Below are positions 17,574 to 27,279 of a stretch of 41,860 bases of DNA, in pieces. The first letter of the stretch is position 1; every line of letters begins with the position of its first letter. The notes under the pieces were generated by a model. It did no database searches, was not told where the DNA came from, and saw only the letters and a program-made list of their open reading frames with translations. This DNA is from a virus (Duplodnaviria > Caudoviricetes): IMG/VR virus record IMGVR_UViG_3300027193_000013, positions 1 to 41,860 of that record; one strand, 5' to 3'. A program made the translations under genes and the position numbers.

Positions 17574-19433
17574 ATGCCTACGTATTATGTACGTCCTGAC
17601 GGGAATGACTTAAACAGTGGTTTGACTCCTACCAATGCTGCTGGCACTGGTTCGTATAGGACTGTCAATAAGGCGCTGTCTGTTGCCGTTGGCGGAGATA
17701 CGGTTTGGATAGCACCGGGTACGTATAGGGAAAACGTAACAACATCAGTAGCATTACAGGCGGCTACCATTAGCGTAAAGGCTGATACGTCACTGGTGCA
17801 AGTTGCATGGGGCGCAGGTTTAACAGCGGGTCCAGTTCGCATCACAAACTTTTTAACAAATGATGTTTCAGCAGCATCTGGCATCACACTATCGCTTACT
17901 TCAAAAAGATATTACTACTTTGAAGGTATTAGGTTTGAGGGTTGGTTTTCACTAAATAGTTGCCGTGACATCAGTTTTTATGAATGTGCTTGGATAGGAA
18001 ATGAAACAGAATCTTTAATAACTGTTGCTACTCAAACACATACGTACGCAGATTTTATCGACTTTTACAGATGTTCTATAATCAATATGCCCATCACAGT
18101 TGATGGTTCTTATCAGGCTAACAATAAAAGTAGTTATAACTATTTTAGAAGTTGTTTAATACAAGTTTGTAGGAATACTGGACGAAATAATTCATGGTTT
18201 GAAGGAATCAACGGAGACAAGCCACATTACGGACTCGGAGTATTCTTAAATTGTACGTTTATACCGGGAGTTACTAATCCTAACTATATGTTTTATCACT
18301 ATGACTGGGGTGGATACACACTTGTCAACTGTTTGTTACTAGGAAAGCCAATCACTAACACATTTTACACATTGCGTGGTGTGACTACAGTAGTAAACTA
18401 CTCTTATGGATTAAGTTTGACTAGGAATGGAACCGCTGTATCAATTAGCAACTCGACCACAATTCTATATAACTCCGTTGATTACGGCGATAACTACAAC
18501 ACAGGATTTAGTAACTACTTTGCTTTTACGCCTCATTCTGATGCTATATATTTGAATGCAGGTTCGGACTATGACTACACAGTTGGGTGGAGTATAACTG
18601 GCTTCAAGAACTACCCACCATTAGACTTCTTTGGTAATGCTTGGAATCTCGCATCAACTCCAACTGTTGGAGCAATTGAATCTAGACCTTTAATTCCAAC
18701 TGCTGGTTCCGGTGGTTACGTCCCACTAGACCGTTCAATCCAAACGCTTACAGTAACCGCTGGTGAAACAGGTAAGTCAGTACATGTGTACCTAGGCTCT
18801 ACCGGAGTAACCTTCCAAACACCTAACCTTACTTGCTACTACGCACGTAACAACGGCACATCTGTAAACATACCGCTAGTCGCTGGTAACGCTTCTACAT
18901 GGGTCTCTGGTAGTTTATTCGAAGTATCTGCTGTAACTATGCCCGGTGTCTATAAGTTCGACATCCCTAACGCTGTTATAGAGTCTGGTGCAACTACTGC
19001 TTCCATCATGCTACGTGGTGCTAATGCATTCAACGGAGCATTTGTAAACATCAATATCGAACAACCAGCTCAGTCTGCTTATCTGTCTACTAATGGCTAT
19101 AAGTTGTTGTCTGAGTACGCTGGTTCTGACGGTGTGCTTACGGTCAACAAGCGTACGGTAACTACAGTTAAATGTCAGATAACCGATACGAACGGGTCGG
19201 CTGTTGCAGTAGGCTCGTCCACGATGACTGTAGAAGTCTACTCTGCTACTAACGTGTTGTTGGCTTCATACACGCCGACTGTCCAGTATGGTGGCAACGG
19301 TCAGTTGACGTTTGTGCTTGATACGCAGATTACAGGTACTGCTGGTACGTACAACGCTTATGCTATACGTACTGCCGCTACGACAGACAGAGCAGTATTT
19401 GGACCTTTGCAGATAAAGGTGAATGAACTGTAA
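17574..19433 (+). CDS. Array protein L4
   Basis: MPTYYVRPDGND...GDTVWIAPG; shared C-terminal modules. Confidence 0.8.
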   Translation: MPTYYVRPDGNDLNSGLTPTNAAGTGSYRTVNKALSVAVGGDTVWIAPGTYRENVTTSVALQAATISVKADTSLVQVAWGAGLTAGPVRITNFLTNDVSAASGITLSLTSKRYYYFEGIRFEGWFSLNSCRDISFYECAWIGNETESLITVATQTHTYADFIDFYRCSIINMPITVDGSYQANNKSSYNYFRSCLIQVCRNTGRNNSWFEGINGDKPHYGLGVFLNCTFIPGVTNPNYMFYHYDWGGYTLVNCLLLGKPITNTFYTLRGVTTVVNYSYGLSLTRNGTAVSISNSTTILYNSVDYGDNYNTGFSNYFAFTPHSDAIYLNAGSDYDYTVGWSITGFKNYPPLDFFGNAWNLASTPTVGAIESRPLIPTAGSGGYVPLDRSIQTLTVTAGETGKSVHVYLGSTGVTFQTPNLTCYYARNNGTSVNIPLVAGNASTWVSGSLFEVSAVTMPGVYKFDIPNAVIESGATTASIMLRGANAFNGAFVNINIEQPAQSAYLSTNGYKLLSEYAGSDGVLTVNKRTVTTVKCQITDTNGSAVAVGSSTMTVEVYSATNVLLASYTPTVQYGGNGQLTFVLDTQITGTAGTYNAYAIRTAATTDRAVFGPLQIKVNEL

Positions 19434-21298
19434 TGGCAACTTACTATGTGCGACCAGACGGCAACGATACAAACACAGGACTTGCTCCGACGAGTGCGGC
19501 TGGTACTGGTGCTTGGCGAACGGTTCAAAAAGCCATTGCTACATCGTCGGGTGGGGACACGATTTGGATTGCACCCGGTGTTTATCGTGAAAACTTATCG
19601 TTGTCTGACAAGGCATCGATTGTAACAGTTCGTGGTGACGCAACGCTTACTCAAGTAGCATGGGGGACTGGTTTAACGGCTGGTTTTGTTCGTATTTCCA
19701 ACAACTTAACCAATGATGTTGGCACTCCCACCGGGTTAGTTTTAAATATAAATGGTGTAAGGGCGCATTATACATTTCAAGACTTAAGATTTGATGGCCA
19801 GATGTATATATCCATATCAGGTAATAATTTAGAACTTGTAACTTGCAGGTTTTATCATTGCCATATGAATTCTGCTGGTTCGGAATGCCATATATACCAT
19901 GCAACTGGTGCGCAACGGTATTTGTATTTCGACTCATGTGTACAAGTAGATTTCCCAATACGTGTTAGTGGTGATATCTATACACCACGCACACACAGAA
20001 ATATTTGGAAAAACTGTCTAATATATGTAACGGAGAATCTATCAACTGCTTCTGCTACTTCACCAGCAGGTACCATTTCATCATTTTATTATCTTAATAC
20101 ATCAATGTCTAGCACCGACCTAGTGATGTTTCATAACTGCACATTTCTGGCTGGCTCTAAAGCACCAAACTATATTTTATCTGTATGGGATTGGGATGAC
20201 AGGCTTCACCTTACTGTCAGAAACTGTTTATTTTTAACTCAAGGTTTAATTAATACATTTAAATCCGATAGAGGTGCTCAAATCGTAGTATCGTATTCGG
20301 CTGGTTACTCATTAACATCTGCTGGGGCAACTCTAACAAATACGACAACATTAAAAACTGTACCAGTTGACTACAACGATGGATATATGCAAGGAGTATT
20401 TAACTACTTGCCATATACACCCATCCCTTCAAGTGTACTTATAGGTGCTGGTGCATATCAAACTGATGGTGGTGAACAAACTCCATCAGTAGATTTCTCA
20501 GGTAATGCTTGGAATCAAGCAAACCCAACCATCGGCTATATGGATAATAGGCAAATATCAACTGTCCCATCAACTGCTGGCTACGTTCCATTAGACCGTG
20601 CAGTCCAAACCATAACCACAACCGCTGGCTCTACCGGCGTATCAGTTCATATCTACCTAGGTTCAACGGGCGTGACGTTCCAAACGCCTAACCTAACTTG
20701 CTACTACGCTCGTGACAACGGAGCATCAGTACAGATACCACTCGTCCAAGGCAATGCTGCCACATGGGTTTCTGGTGGTTTGTTTGAAGTATCTTCAACA
20801 ACTATGCCGGGTGTGTACAAGTTCGACATACCTAATGCAGTTATACAGGCTGGTGCTAAGTCAGCGTCTATCATGCTTCGTGGTGCTAACGCTTTCAACG
20901 GTGCATTCGTCAACGTCAACATAGAATCAGAACCACAACCGAACTACGTGTCTACCAACGAGTTCAAACTCAGGTCAGAAGATGCTGGCTACAACAACGT
21001 TCTAGAACTCAACGCTAACACGGCGACTACGATGAAGTTGCAGTTGTTGGATATGTATCAGACACCAACGAACTTGGCTGGCTCTACGCTCTCTGTGGAA
21101 GTCTACAACAGCACAAACAACTTGATTGCTACGTATACTCCAACTGTGCGGTATGCAGGTAACGGTGAAATCACGTTTGTGATATCAACAAATGTGACTG
21201 CTACTTATGGTGACTACAACGTGTACTGCGTGAAGACTACTGGTACTACCGACTCCGTTGTTTATGGACCGCTTGCTTTGAAGGTTAGGAGACTGTAA
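19433..21298 (+). CDS. Array protein L5
   Basis: Closest to L4 at both ends; TAATG coupling. Confidence 0.8.
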   Translation: MATYYVRPDGNDTNTGLAPTSAAGTGAWRTVQKAIATSSGGDTIWIAPGVYRENLSLSDKASIVTVRGDATLTQVAWGTGLTAGFVRISNNLTNDVGTPTGLVLNINGVRAHYTFQDLRFDGQMYISISGNNLELVTCRFYHCHMNSAGSECHIYHATGAQRYLYFDSCVQVDFPIRVSGDIYTPRTHRNIWKNCLIYVTENLSTASATSPAGTISSFYYLNTSMSSTDLVMFHNCTFLAGSKAPNYILSVWDWDDRLHLTVRNCLFLTQGLINTFKSDRGAQIVVSYSAGYSLTSAGATLTNTTTLKTVPVDYNDGYMQGVFNYLPYTPIPSSVLIGAGAYQTDGGEQTPSVDFSGNAWNQANPTIGYMDNRQISTVPSTAGYVPLDRAVQTITTTAGSTGVSVHIYLGSTGVTFQTPNLTCYYARDNGASVQIPLVQGNAATWVSGGLFEVSSTTMPGVYKFDIPNAVIQAGAKSASIMLRGANAFNGAFVNVNIESEPQPNYVSTNEFKLRSEDAGYNNVLELNANTATTMKLQLLDMYQTPTNLAGSTLSVEVYNSTNNLIATYTPTVRYAGNGEITFVISTNVTATYGDYNVYCVKTTGTTDSVVYGPLALKVRRL

Positions 21299-23307
21299 TG
21301 CCTACTTACTATGTCCGTAACGATGGTAGTGATGCTAATACTGGTTTAGGACCCGGTCGTCTTCAGGCTTGGCAGACGATACAGAAGGCACTAGGAGCGG
21401 CTGGTATCTCGTCTGGTGATACGGTTTACATTGCACCGGGTCGATACAACGAGTTTATTACGGTGGCTATGATTTCGGCTACGGTGCAAACCTTTGTACT
21501 TGGAGACCCTACTTGTTCACAGTTCACAGATGTCACACCGGGTGTGGTGCGTCTAACAGGGCATACGGCAGATGTCGGTTTTGGTAGTGGTGGTACTGCT
21601 ATTATAGCAACATCAAAGAACTTTATGACCTTTAGGATGTTAGCCATAGAAGGTTATCTGACAGCGTTTACACTTACAACCTGTACCAACTGGACGTTTG
21701 ATGATTGTGCGTTGATATGTCGTGATACAGTTGGCACTTTCACTAGTCCAAATAATGTTGCTGGTAACTTTATCTTCACTAACAACATTACAAACGTAAG
21801 GGTTAATAACGGTACTACTAGAAATCTAAATATTCAACACAGTGGGACTGTAGCGTTAGACCATGGAACTATTGTTGCAAATAACTACTTTGGTGGCGGA
21901 GGAAGTTCTGGTGGTGGAGGCGTTAATATAAATGGATTCACACCCGGTAATGCATTAGTTTTTAATAATCAATTTGAACGATGTCATAACGCAGTTGACG
22001 TTTATAGCGTGACTGACATAACTTTACCGGTAAAGTGCTACAACAACTACATAATTTACAATATAGGACGTGCTTTTATCGGTAACGTCTCTGGTTGTGG
22101 TTATTCAAACTACAACGTTCAAACAAATGCAGTAGACACCAACTGGACTACTAACTTTACGCTAGGTGGTCAAGACCGCATAGTTGCACCAACGAAATCC
22201 TACGGTATGGAACGACTGTTTGGTCTTGGTGTAAACGACTGGTACGCACCACGTCTAGGTAGTAACCTTATATCTTCAGGTGACCCAGTATCTGGAAGCG
22301 TAGCAGTAACTGCTGGTTCGGCAGAAGTTCCGCAAGGCGGCAACGTCTATGTTGTTGGTGACAAGATTCAATTCTTGACTACGCTCGGAAACATCACTGC
22401 ACTGCAAACCTACACTGTTGCTACAGTTACTAGTACTACATCTTTCACTTGTACTGGTCTTACTCCATCGACTGCTGGTTCTATTCAGCATCGTCGATTT
22501 CGATACACAACAGATGCGTTTAACAATGCGTACAGTCCGACATCTGCACCAACTGTTGGTATGGCTAATAGAGTTGACCTATCGACTATCGGTCAGTACA
22601 TCCCTTCAGAACGCCAAACTACGACGTTTAGATGTAATCCCGGTGCTACCAGTCAAACAACCTATGTCTTCCTTGGTGTGACCGGTATCTCGTTCAACAC
22701 GCCTAACCTAGTGGCTTACTATGTTAGAAACAACGGTGCCACAGTGACCGTACCGCTCGTTACTCAGACACCAACTGGTGCTTGGGTATCTGGTGGGTTC
22801 TGCGAAGTAGACTCAGTACGCATACCGGGACTTTATAGGTTCGACATCCCTAACGCTCTTGTAGCGGCTGGTGGAGTCAACGCATCGTTTGTTATCAAGG
22901 GTGCGTCTGGTACTAATGGTGCATACGTCACAGTAGAGTTTGACCAAGCAACGACGTTAGTATCAACACCGGGCTACAAACTGATATCTGACCAACTTGG
23001 TGCTAACGGTGAACTTGATATCATCCAAGGTACATCAACAACTGTAAAGTTGCAGATAGTCGATACGTACAACACAGCAGTGCCTATAGGAGCCGCTACG
23101 TGTACCGTAGAGGTGTACTCATCTGGGAACCTTATATCTACCTACACGCCGACTATCCAGTACGAGTCAAACGGTGAGATGACGTTTATTCTTGATACTG
23201 TAGTGACTACTACGGCTGGTGATTACAAGGTATACGTAAGACGTAATAACGGCGGTGCTGATACTGCTATACATGGACCTATGGTGCTAAGGGTTAGGAG
23301 ACGGTAA
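21298..23307 (+). CDS. Array protein L6 (with ~70-aa insertion)
   Basis: Same architecture; longest member (669 aa). Confidence 0.8.
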   Translation: MPTYYVRNDGSDANTGLGPGRLQAWQTIQKALGAAGISSGDTVYIAPGRYNEFITVAMISATVQTFVLGDPTCSQFTDVTPGVVRLTGHTADVGFGSGGTAIIATSKNFMTFRMLAIEGYLTAFTLTTCTNWTFDDCALICRDTVGTFTSPNNVAGNFIFTNNITNVRVNNGTTRNLNIQHSGTVALDHGTIVANNYFGGGGSSGGGGVNINGFTPGNALVFNNQFERCHNAVDVYSVTDITLPVKCYNNYIIYNIGRAFIGNVSGCGYSNYNVQTNAVDTNWTTNFTLGGQDRIVAPTKSYGMERLFGLGVNDWYAPRLGSNLISSGDPVSGSVAVTAGSAEVPQGGNVYVVGDKIQFLTTLGNITALQTYTVATVTSTTSFTCTGLTPSTAGSIQHRRFRYTTDAFNNAYSPTSAPTVGMANRVDLSTIGQYIPSERQTTTFRCNPGATSQTTYVFLGVTGISFNTPNLVAYYVRNNGATVTVPLVTQTPTGAWVSGGFCEVDSVRIPGLYRFDIPNALVAAGGVNASFVIKGASGTNGAYVTVEFDQATTLVSTPGYKLISDQLGANGELDIIQGTSTTVKLQIVDTYNTAVPIGAATCTVEVYSSGNLISTYTPTIQYESNGEMTFILDTVVTTTAGDYKVYVRRNNGGADTAIHGPMVLRVRRR

Positions 23308-23540
23308 TGACACCAGTAAACCTTATGAACTACCGAGCGGAGCGTACCGCTGATGGCACTGATTGGATTCTGTACGGTGACATTACCGACAATAATAACA
23401 ATGTATTAGCATCGTTCGGGCAGGATGGAACATCGCTCAATCAATGGTGGGTGCAACAAGATAATGATTTCCAACTGTTGTACGTCAATCAGTTTGCTTT
23501 CATTATGGCTGGCGAGATTGTCGCAGGGACTGCTGAATAA
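23307..23540 (+). CDS. Array partner protein S3
   Basis: Single copy of the S1 domain (DWILYGDITD..FGQDGTS.NQWW.QQD..FQ...GTAE). Confidence 0.8.
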   Translation: MTPVNLMNYRAERTADGTDWILYGDITDNNNNVLASFGQDGTSLNQWWVQQDNDFQLLYVNQFAFIMAGEIVAGTAE

Positions 23541-25288
23541 TGGCAACGTATTACGTTAGAACAGACGGGTCAAACAGTAACACCGGCACTGGCTCAGGCA
23601 CTGGTGCGGCGTGGGCTACAGTTGCTCATGCTCTAGGCGGCACTGGTACAGCGAGCGGTGTTGTTGGTGGTGATGTCATTTATATTGCACCGGGTAAGTA
23701 CACAGGTGTCACTGTCGGCATATCGCCATCAAGCGTTGTTTCTGTTATTGGTGACCCATCATCCGCACAATTTGGTGGGGCAATACCTGTTGGGCCTATT
23801 CACATAACCAATAATACAAATGACAGAGCTGTATATAGCGGTACTGCCGGACTAATACTTTCAAGTAGAAATAATTTCTCATTTTCAAATCTAGTCATTG
23901 GTGGCATCAGTTCAACAACATCGCACAATCTGACATTTGATAAATGTTTCGTGTATGGTTTTAATAGTTCTTCCGGTTCATCCGCTGGATGGACATTTAG
24001 CGCAAACACAAACGCTAACCTGTTAGTTAAAAACTGTTCGATATATCAACTTGCTAACCGAACGATTGAAATTACTTGTGTGAATCATTCCTCTTCGTAC
24101 ACTTCAACAATACGATTTGAAAATACATACATACAAAACTTTTCCACGTTTGCTATGAATAATGCTAGTGGATTAATATTTACAAACTGTAATACCTCAT
24201 CAATCAGTGTGACAGGCACTGTTGTTTCTAGTGCTGTATATCAAAACAGTATTATTAACTTTGGTACTCTTTCAGGGAGCGCAAGCGTTGGCAACTTTGT
24301 TGAAGACTACAATGTGCTGAATGTTTCTGCTCGTTCAAATGTTGCATCAGGTAGCAATAGCGTAGTTACTTCAAATGTATTGAATTACGGTGATTATATG
24401 ACCATCACTGGAACCCAGACAATGCCGATGCTTTCGCCTCCATCAACAGTCTTCAATCAGTTGATAGGTTATGGCACAACTACAAACGCACCAGCAACAG
24501 ACTACTACGGAGCGACCTACGGTACACCTATGACTGTAGGCCCTGTGAAGTCTCAAACGCTCACCGGTGCTGGTATCTATCAGGCAACCGAGCGTAACGC
24601 ATCTTCAACAGCAATTACTGGTAATTCAACCTCCCAATCTATTGAACTGTATCTGGGTGTTACAGGACTGACTGCTACCACAAATGGTCTTACAGCCCTT
24701 TATAATAGGACTCGTACTGCATCAGTAAATATTCCATTAGTTTCTCGTACGATTACACAACCTTGGATTTCTGGGGGCTTTGCAGAAGTTGACCCAGTTG
24801 GAATGCCCGGCGTATATCGTCTAGACCTACCTAATGAAGCAATATCCTCCGGTGCTGAAGACTGTACTATTGTTGTCAAAGGTGCGTCTGGTACAAACGG
24901 TGCCGTAATCAACATTAGGTTAGAGCGTCAAACTACACTAATCAGTACTACCGGCTACAAGTTGATATCCGACCAGTTAGGCTCAAACGGTGGATTAGAT
25001 GTAATCAAGGGTTCTTCTATTACAGTCAAACTACAGATGGTGGATGTCAACAACAAGCCAATCCCAATCGGCACAGCGGCGTGTACAGTCGAAGTCTACT
25101 CAATCAACAACTTGGTTGAGACTTACCCAACAGTCATACAATATCAGTCAAACGGTGAACTGACCTTCGTGCTTGATACTCAAGTGACTGCTACTCCCGG
25201 CACATACAACATCTACGTTGTACGTAACAACGGTGGCTCTGACACGGTCTTGTACGGTCCAATGAAACTAGTGGTAAGCAACCTATGA
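23540..25288 (+). CDS. Array protein L7
   Basis: MATYYV start and shared C-terminal modules; TAATG coupling. Confidence 0.8.
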   Translation: MATYYVRTDGSNSNTGTGSGTGAAWATVAHALGGTGTASGVVGGDVIYIAPGKYTGVTVGISPSSVVSVIGDPSSAQFGGAIPVGPIHITNNTNDRAVYSGTAGLILSSRNNFSFSNLVIGGISSTTSHNLTFDKCFVYGFNSSSGSSAGWTFSANTNANLLVKNCSIYQLANRTIEITCVNHSSSYTSTIRFENTYIQNFSTFAMNNASGLIFTNCNTSSISVTGTVVSSAVYQNSIINFGTLSGSASVGNFVEDYNVLNVSARSNVASGSNSVVTSNVLNYGDYMTITGTQTMPMLSPPSTVFNQLIGYGTTTNAPATDYYGATYGTPMTVGPVKSQTLTGAGIYQATERNASSTAITGNSTSQSIELYLGVTGLTATTNGLTALYNRTRTASVNIPLVSRTITQPWISGGFAEVDPVGMPGVYRLDLPNEAISSGAEDCTIVVKGASGTNGAVINIRLERQTTLISTTGYKLISDQLGSNGGLDVIKGSSITVKLQMVDVNNKPIPIGTAACTVEVYSINNLVETYPTVIQYQSNGELTFVLDTQVTATPGTYNIYVVRNNGGSDTVLYGPMKLVVSNL

Positions 25289-25524
25289 AAGATGGCTTAA
25301 ATGACATACAGACAGTGATACTGTTAGTCATGTCTGCTGCTGACACAAGCCTAACTCTGACTATCCGTGACATGCAGAAGCTTGCTAGTCGTCGTGAGTT
25401 TGAGTACGTCAATCAAGATGTCGAAGGTTTGTATCAAGACTTGCTTCAGGCTATGGCTCATGTCAACGATGCAAGATACTGCGTGGATATACTCAAATCC
25501 AAGGTAGAAGCCAACACTCAATAG
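25285..25524 (+). CDS. Hypothetical protein
   Basis: 79-aa helical-looking ORF with ATGA overlap to L7. Confidence 0.5.
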   Translation: MKDGLNDIQTVILLVMSAADTSLTLTIRDMQKLASRREFEYVNQDVEGLYQDLLQAMAHVNDARYCVDILKSKVEANTQ

Positions 25525-25551
25525 TTGTTTATATACTGACAACAAAAGACG

Positions 25552-25563
25552 TATGATTTCACT
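25552..25563 (+). promoter_or_regulatory. -10 element TATGAT, leaderless-type start of the neck/tail block
   Basis: TATGAT (25552-25557), 6 nt, ATG 25564; no SD. Confidence 0.5.
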
Positions 25564-25875
25564 ATGTCAAGAGTAAAAGATAAGCAACTAAGGGCTATGT
25601 TCCGTACATTGGAGCGACTGCCTTTTGAAACATGCAAAATTGGTCAATCTGTTGCACAGCAGAAGGCTCCAGTTGCATCAGGCAAACTACGTGACTCTAT
25701 CAAGGTAAGTTCGTCGGTTGCTAATCCTAATGCCATTGAAGCAGTATTGTATACACGTCGTCCCTACGCACCGATAGTTGAAATGGGTAGCGCAACACAG
25801 CCAGCACAACCATTTATGGCTCCGGCATTTACACGCATGTCTTACCATGTGACTAGGACGCTAAATAAACTCTAA
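25564..25875 (+). CDS. HK97 gp10-like neck/tail completion protein
   Basis: APVASGKLRDSI and YAPIVEMGS..QPAQPFMAPAF motifs. Confidence 0.85.
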   Translation: MSRVKDKQLRAMFRTLERLPFETCKIGQSVAQQKAPVASGKLRDSIKVSSSVANPNAIEAVLYTRRPYAPIVEMGSATQPAQPFMAPAFTRMSYHVTRTLNKL

Positions 25876-26360
25876 TGGCTATTGAATGGGTTGATGTCAT
25901 AACGTGGGTGTACAAGACTTTATCTGAAGATGATGTTCTGGCTGAATTGCTTGCCGGTGCGTCTAAGGTAAAGGGATTTCAACAAGCCGTGTATACCACT
26001 ATGGCACCACAAGTTGACCCAGTAAGTGGGAAAACACCAATTGCTCCTTTTATCATTGTTGCCCTAGCAGATGGGGGAATAGATGAAAGGTCACTCTGTG
26101 GCTCACGCTTTTTGGCTAATCCAACACTACGCATTACTGCATGGGATAGACAAAGTGGAAGTGTGTCCTACGCTCGGATAAAACCAATAATGGATAGAGT
26201 GGATGAACTCATAGACAATAAAGAGTCATACACAACTCCACGCTTTTGGATTAGGAGAGATAGTAGCGATGTTATCTTTCCTGACCCGTCAAGTGGTATT
26301 ACTGATTACGGAATTACGGCAACTTACCAAGCAATGGTCACGGTTGAAATAGGAGTCTAG
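25875..26360 (+). CDS. Tail terminator-like protein
   Basis: Lies between the gp10-like gene and the tail tube; VYKTLS.D..L.EL and PFIIV pattern. Confidence 0.65.
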   Translation: MAIEWVDVITWVYKTLSEDDVLAELLAGASKVKGFQQAVYTTMAPQVDPVSGKTPIAPFIIVALADGGIDERSLCGSRFLANPTLRITAWDRQSGSVSYARIKPIMDRVDELIDNKESYTTPRFWIRRDSSDVIFPDPSSGITDYGITATYQAMVTVEIGV

Positions 26361-26361
26361 G

Positions 26362-26814
26362 ATGCCTTCAGCACAAGTTACACGTGCTAATAATATTAGC
26401 ATTGTTTACAAAATAGGAGCAGATGCTCAGGCTGGAACGCCTATTGGCACGTCTGCTAACACACCTATATTACAGTTGAACTGCCTTGCTCGTTCATATA
26501 CTCGTTCAACAGAAATTGGAACAGTTGAAGCCGGAGCATTCTGCGACACTGAAATGAAGATGGCGACTACTCGCAAGTCTGGTTCAATCGAAATGGAAGT
26601 GCTTGTACCGACGACTGGAACATATCCTATATTCCAAGGTTCAATCGGATACTACGTTTCGATTCAGGCTGTCATCAACTCATCTACAACTATCTTAGAC
26701 TTTGGATTGATAACTGCTGCATCGGTTAGTGGTGAGGTTGACGGCATCGTAACAGAGAGTGTCACAATTACTCTTGGTGTAAGTGGTGTTGAGTCATTCC
26801 ACTCAGCAGCGTAA
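26362..26814 (+). CDS. Tail tube protein paralogue 1
   Basis: 150 aa in the tail-tube position; EIGTVEA...D...SGSIE and G.ITAASVSGEVDG..TESVTI motifs. Confidence 0.7.
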   Translation: MPSAQVTRANNISIVYKIGADAQAGTPIGTSANTPILQLNCLARSYTRSTEIGTVEAGAFCDTEMKMATTRKSGSIEMEVLVPTTGTYPIFQGSIGYYVSIQAVINSSTTILDFGLITAASVSGEVDGIVTESVTITLGVSGVESFHSAA

Positions 26815-26826
26815 TAGGAGAATAAA

Positions 26827-27279
26827 ATGCCATCAGCACAAATTCAAACAGCAACAAATATCAGCGTTGGTATTTTCATGGGCGGTAACTCTCAAGGTAG
26901 TGGGACAACTCCCGGCGACCCAGCAACAGCAACGGGTACTGTTGTTGAGAAGCGTTGTCTAGCAAGAAGTTATAGCCGTTCTTTGGAAATCGGTACAACG
27001 GAGGCTGGGGCTTTCTGTGACACTGAAATGAAAGTCAGCCCAACCCGCAAGTCCGGCAGCATTGAAATGGAACTACTTCTTCCAGTCGGAACAGCACCGA
27101 TGTTCTTTGACAAGGAAGGCTTCTATATCAAAGTGACTGCTGATATTGGACCTTCTACTTTTACCGACTTTGGGGTCATCACTTCTTCTGGTATCAGTGC
27201 TGAGGTTGATGGATATATCTCCGAGACGGTCACTATCATCCTTGGTGTTACTGGAATTACAAGCTTCGGCGCAATCTAA
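26827..27279 (+). CDS. Tail tube protein paralogue 2
   Basis: Shares CLARSY.RS.EIGT.EAGAFCDTEMK and TRKSGSIEME with paralogue 1. Confidence 0.7.
   Translation: MPSAQIQTATNISVGIFMGGNSQGSGTTPGDPATATGTVVEKRCLARSYSRSLEIGTTEAGAFCDTEMKVSPTRKSGSIEMELLLPVGTAPMFFDKEGFYIKVTADIGPSTFTDFGVITSSGISAEVDGYISETVTIILGVTGITSFGAI

Noticed and set aside
11881-25288. Diversity-generating retroelement or invertase shufflon as the source of array variation
   Set aside because: No reverse transcriptase, no template/variable repeat pair with adenine-specific mismatches, no recombinase or inverted cassettes in the window; differences between conserved modules are largely synonymous, as in older duplications.
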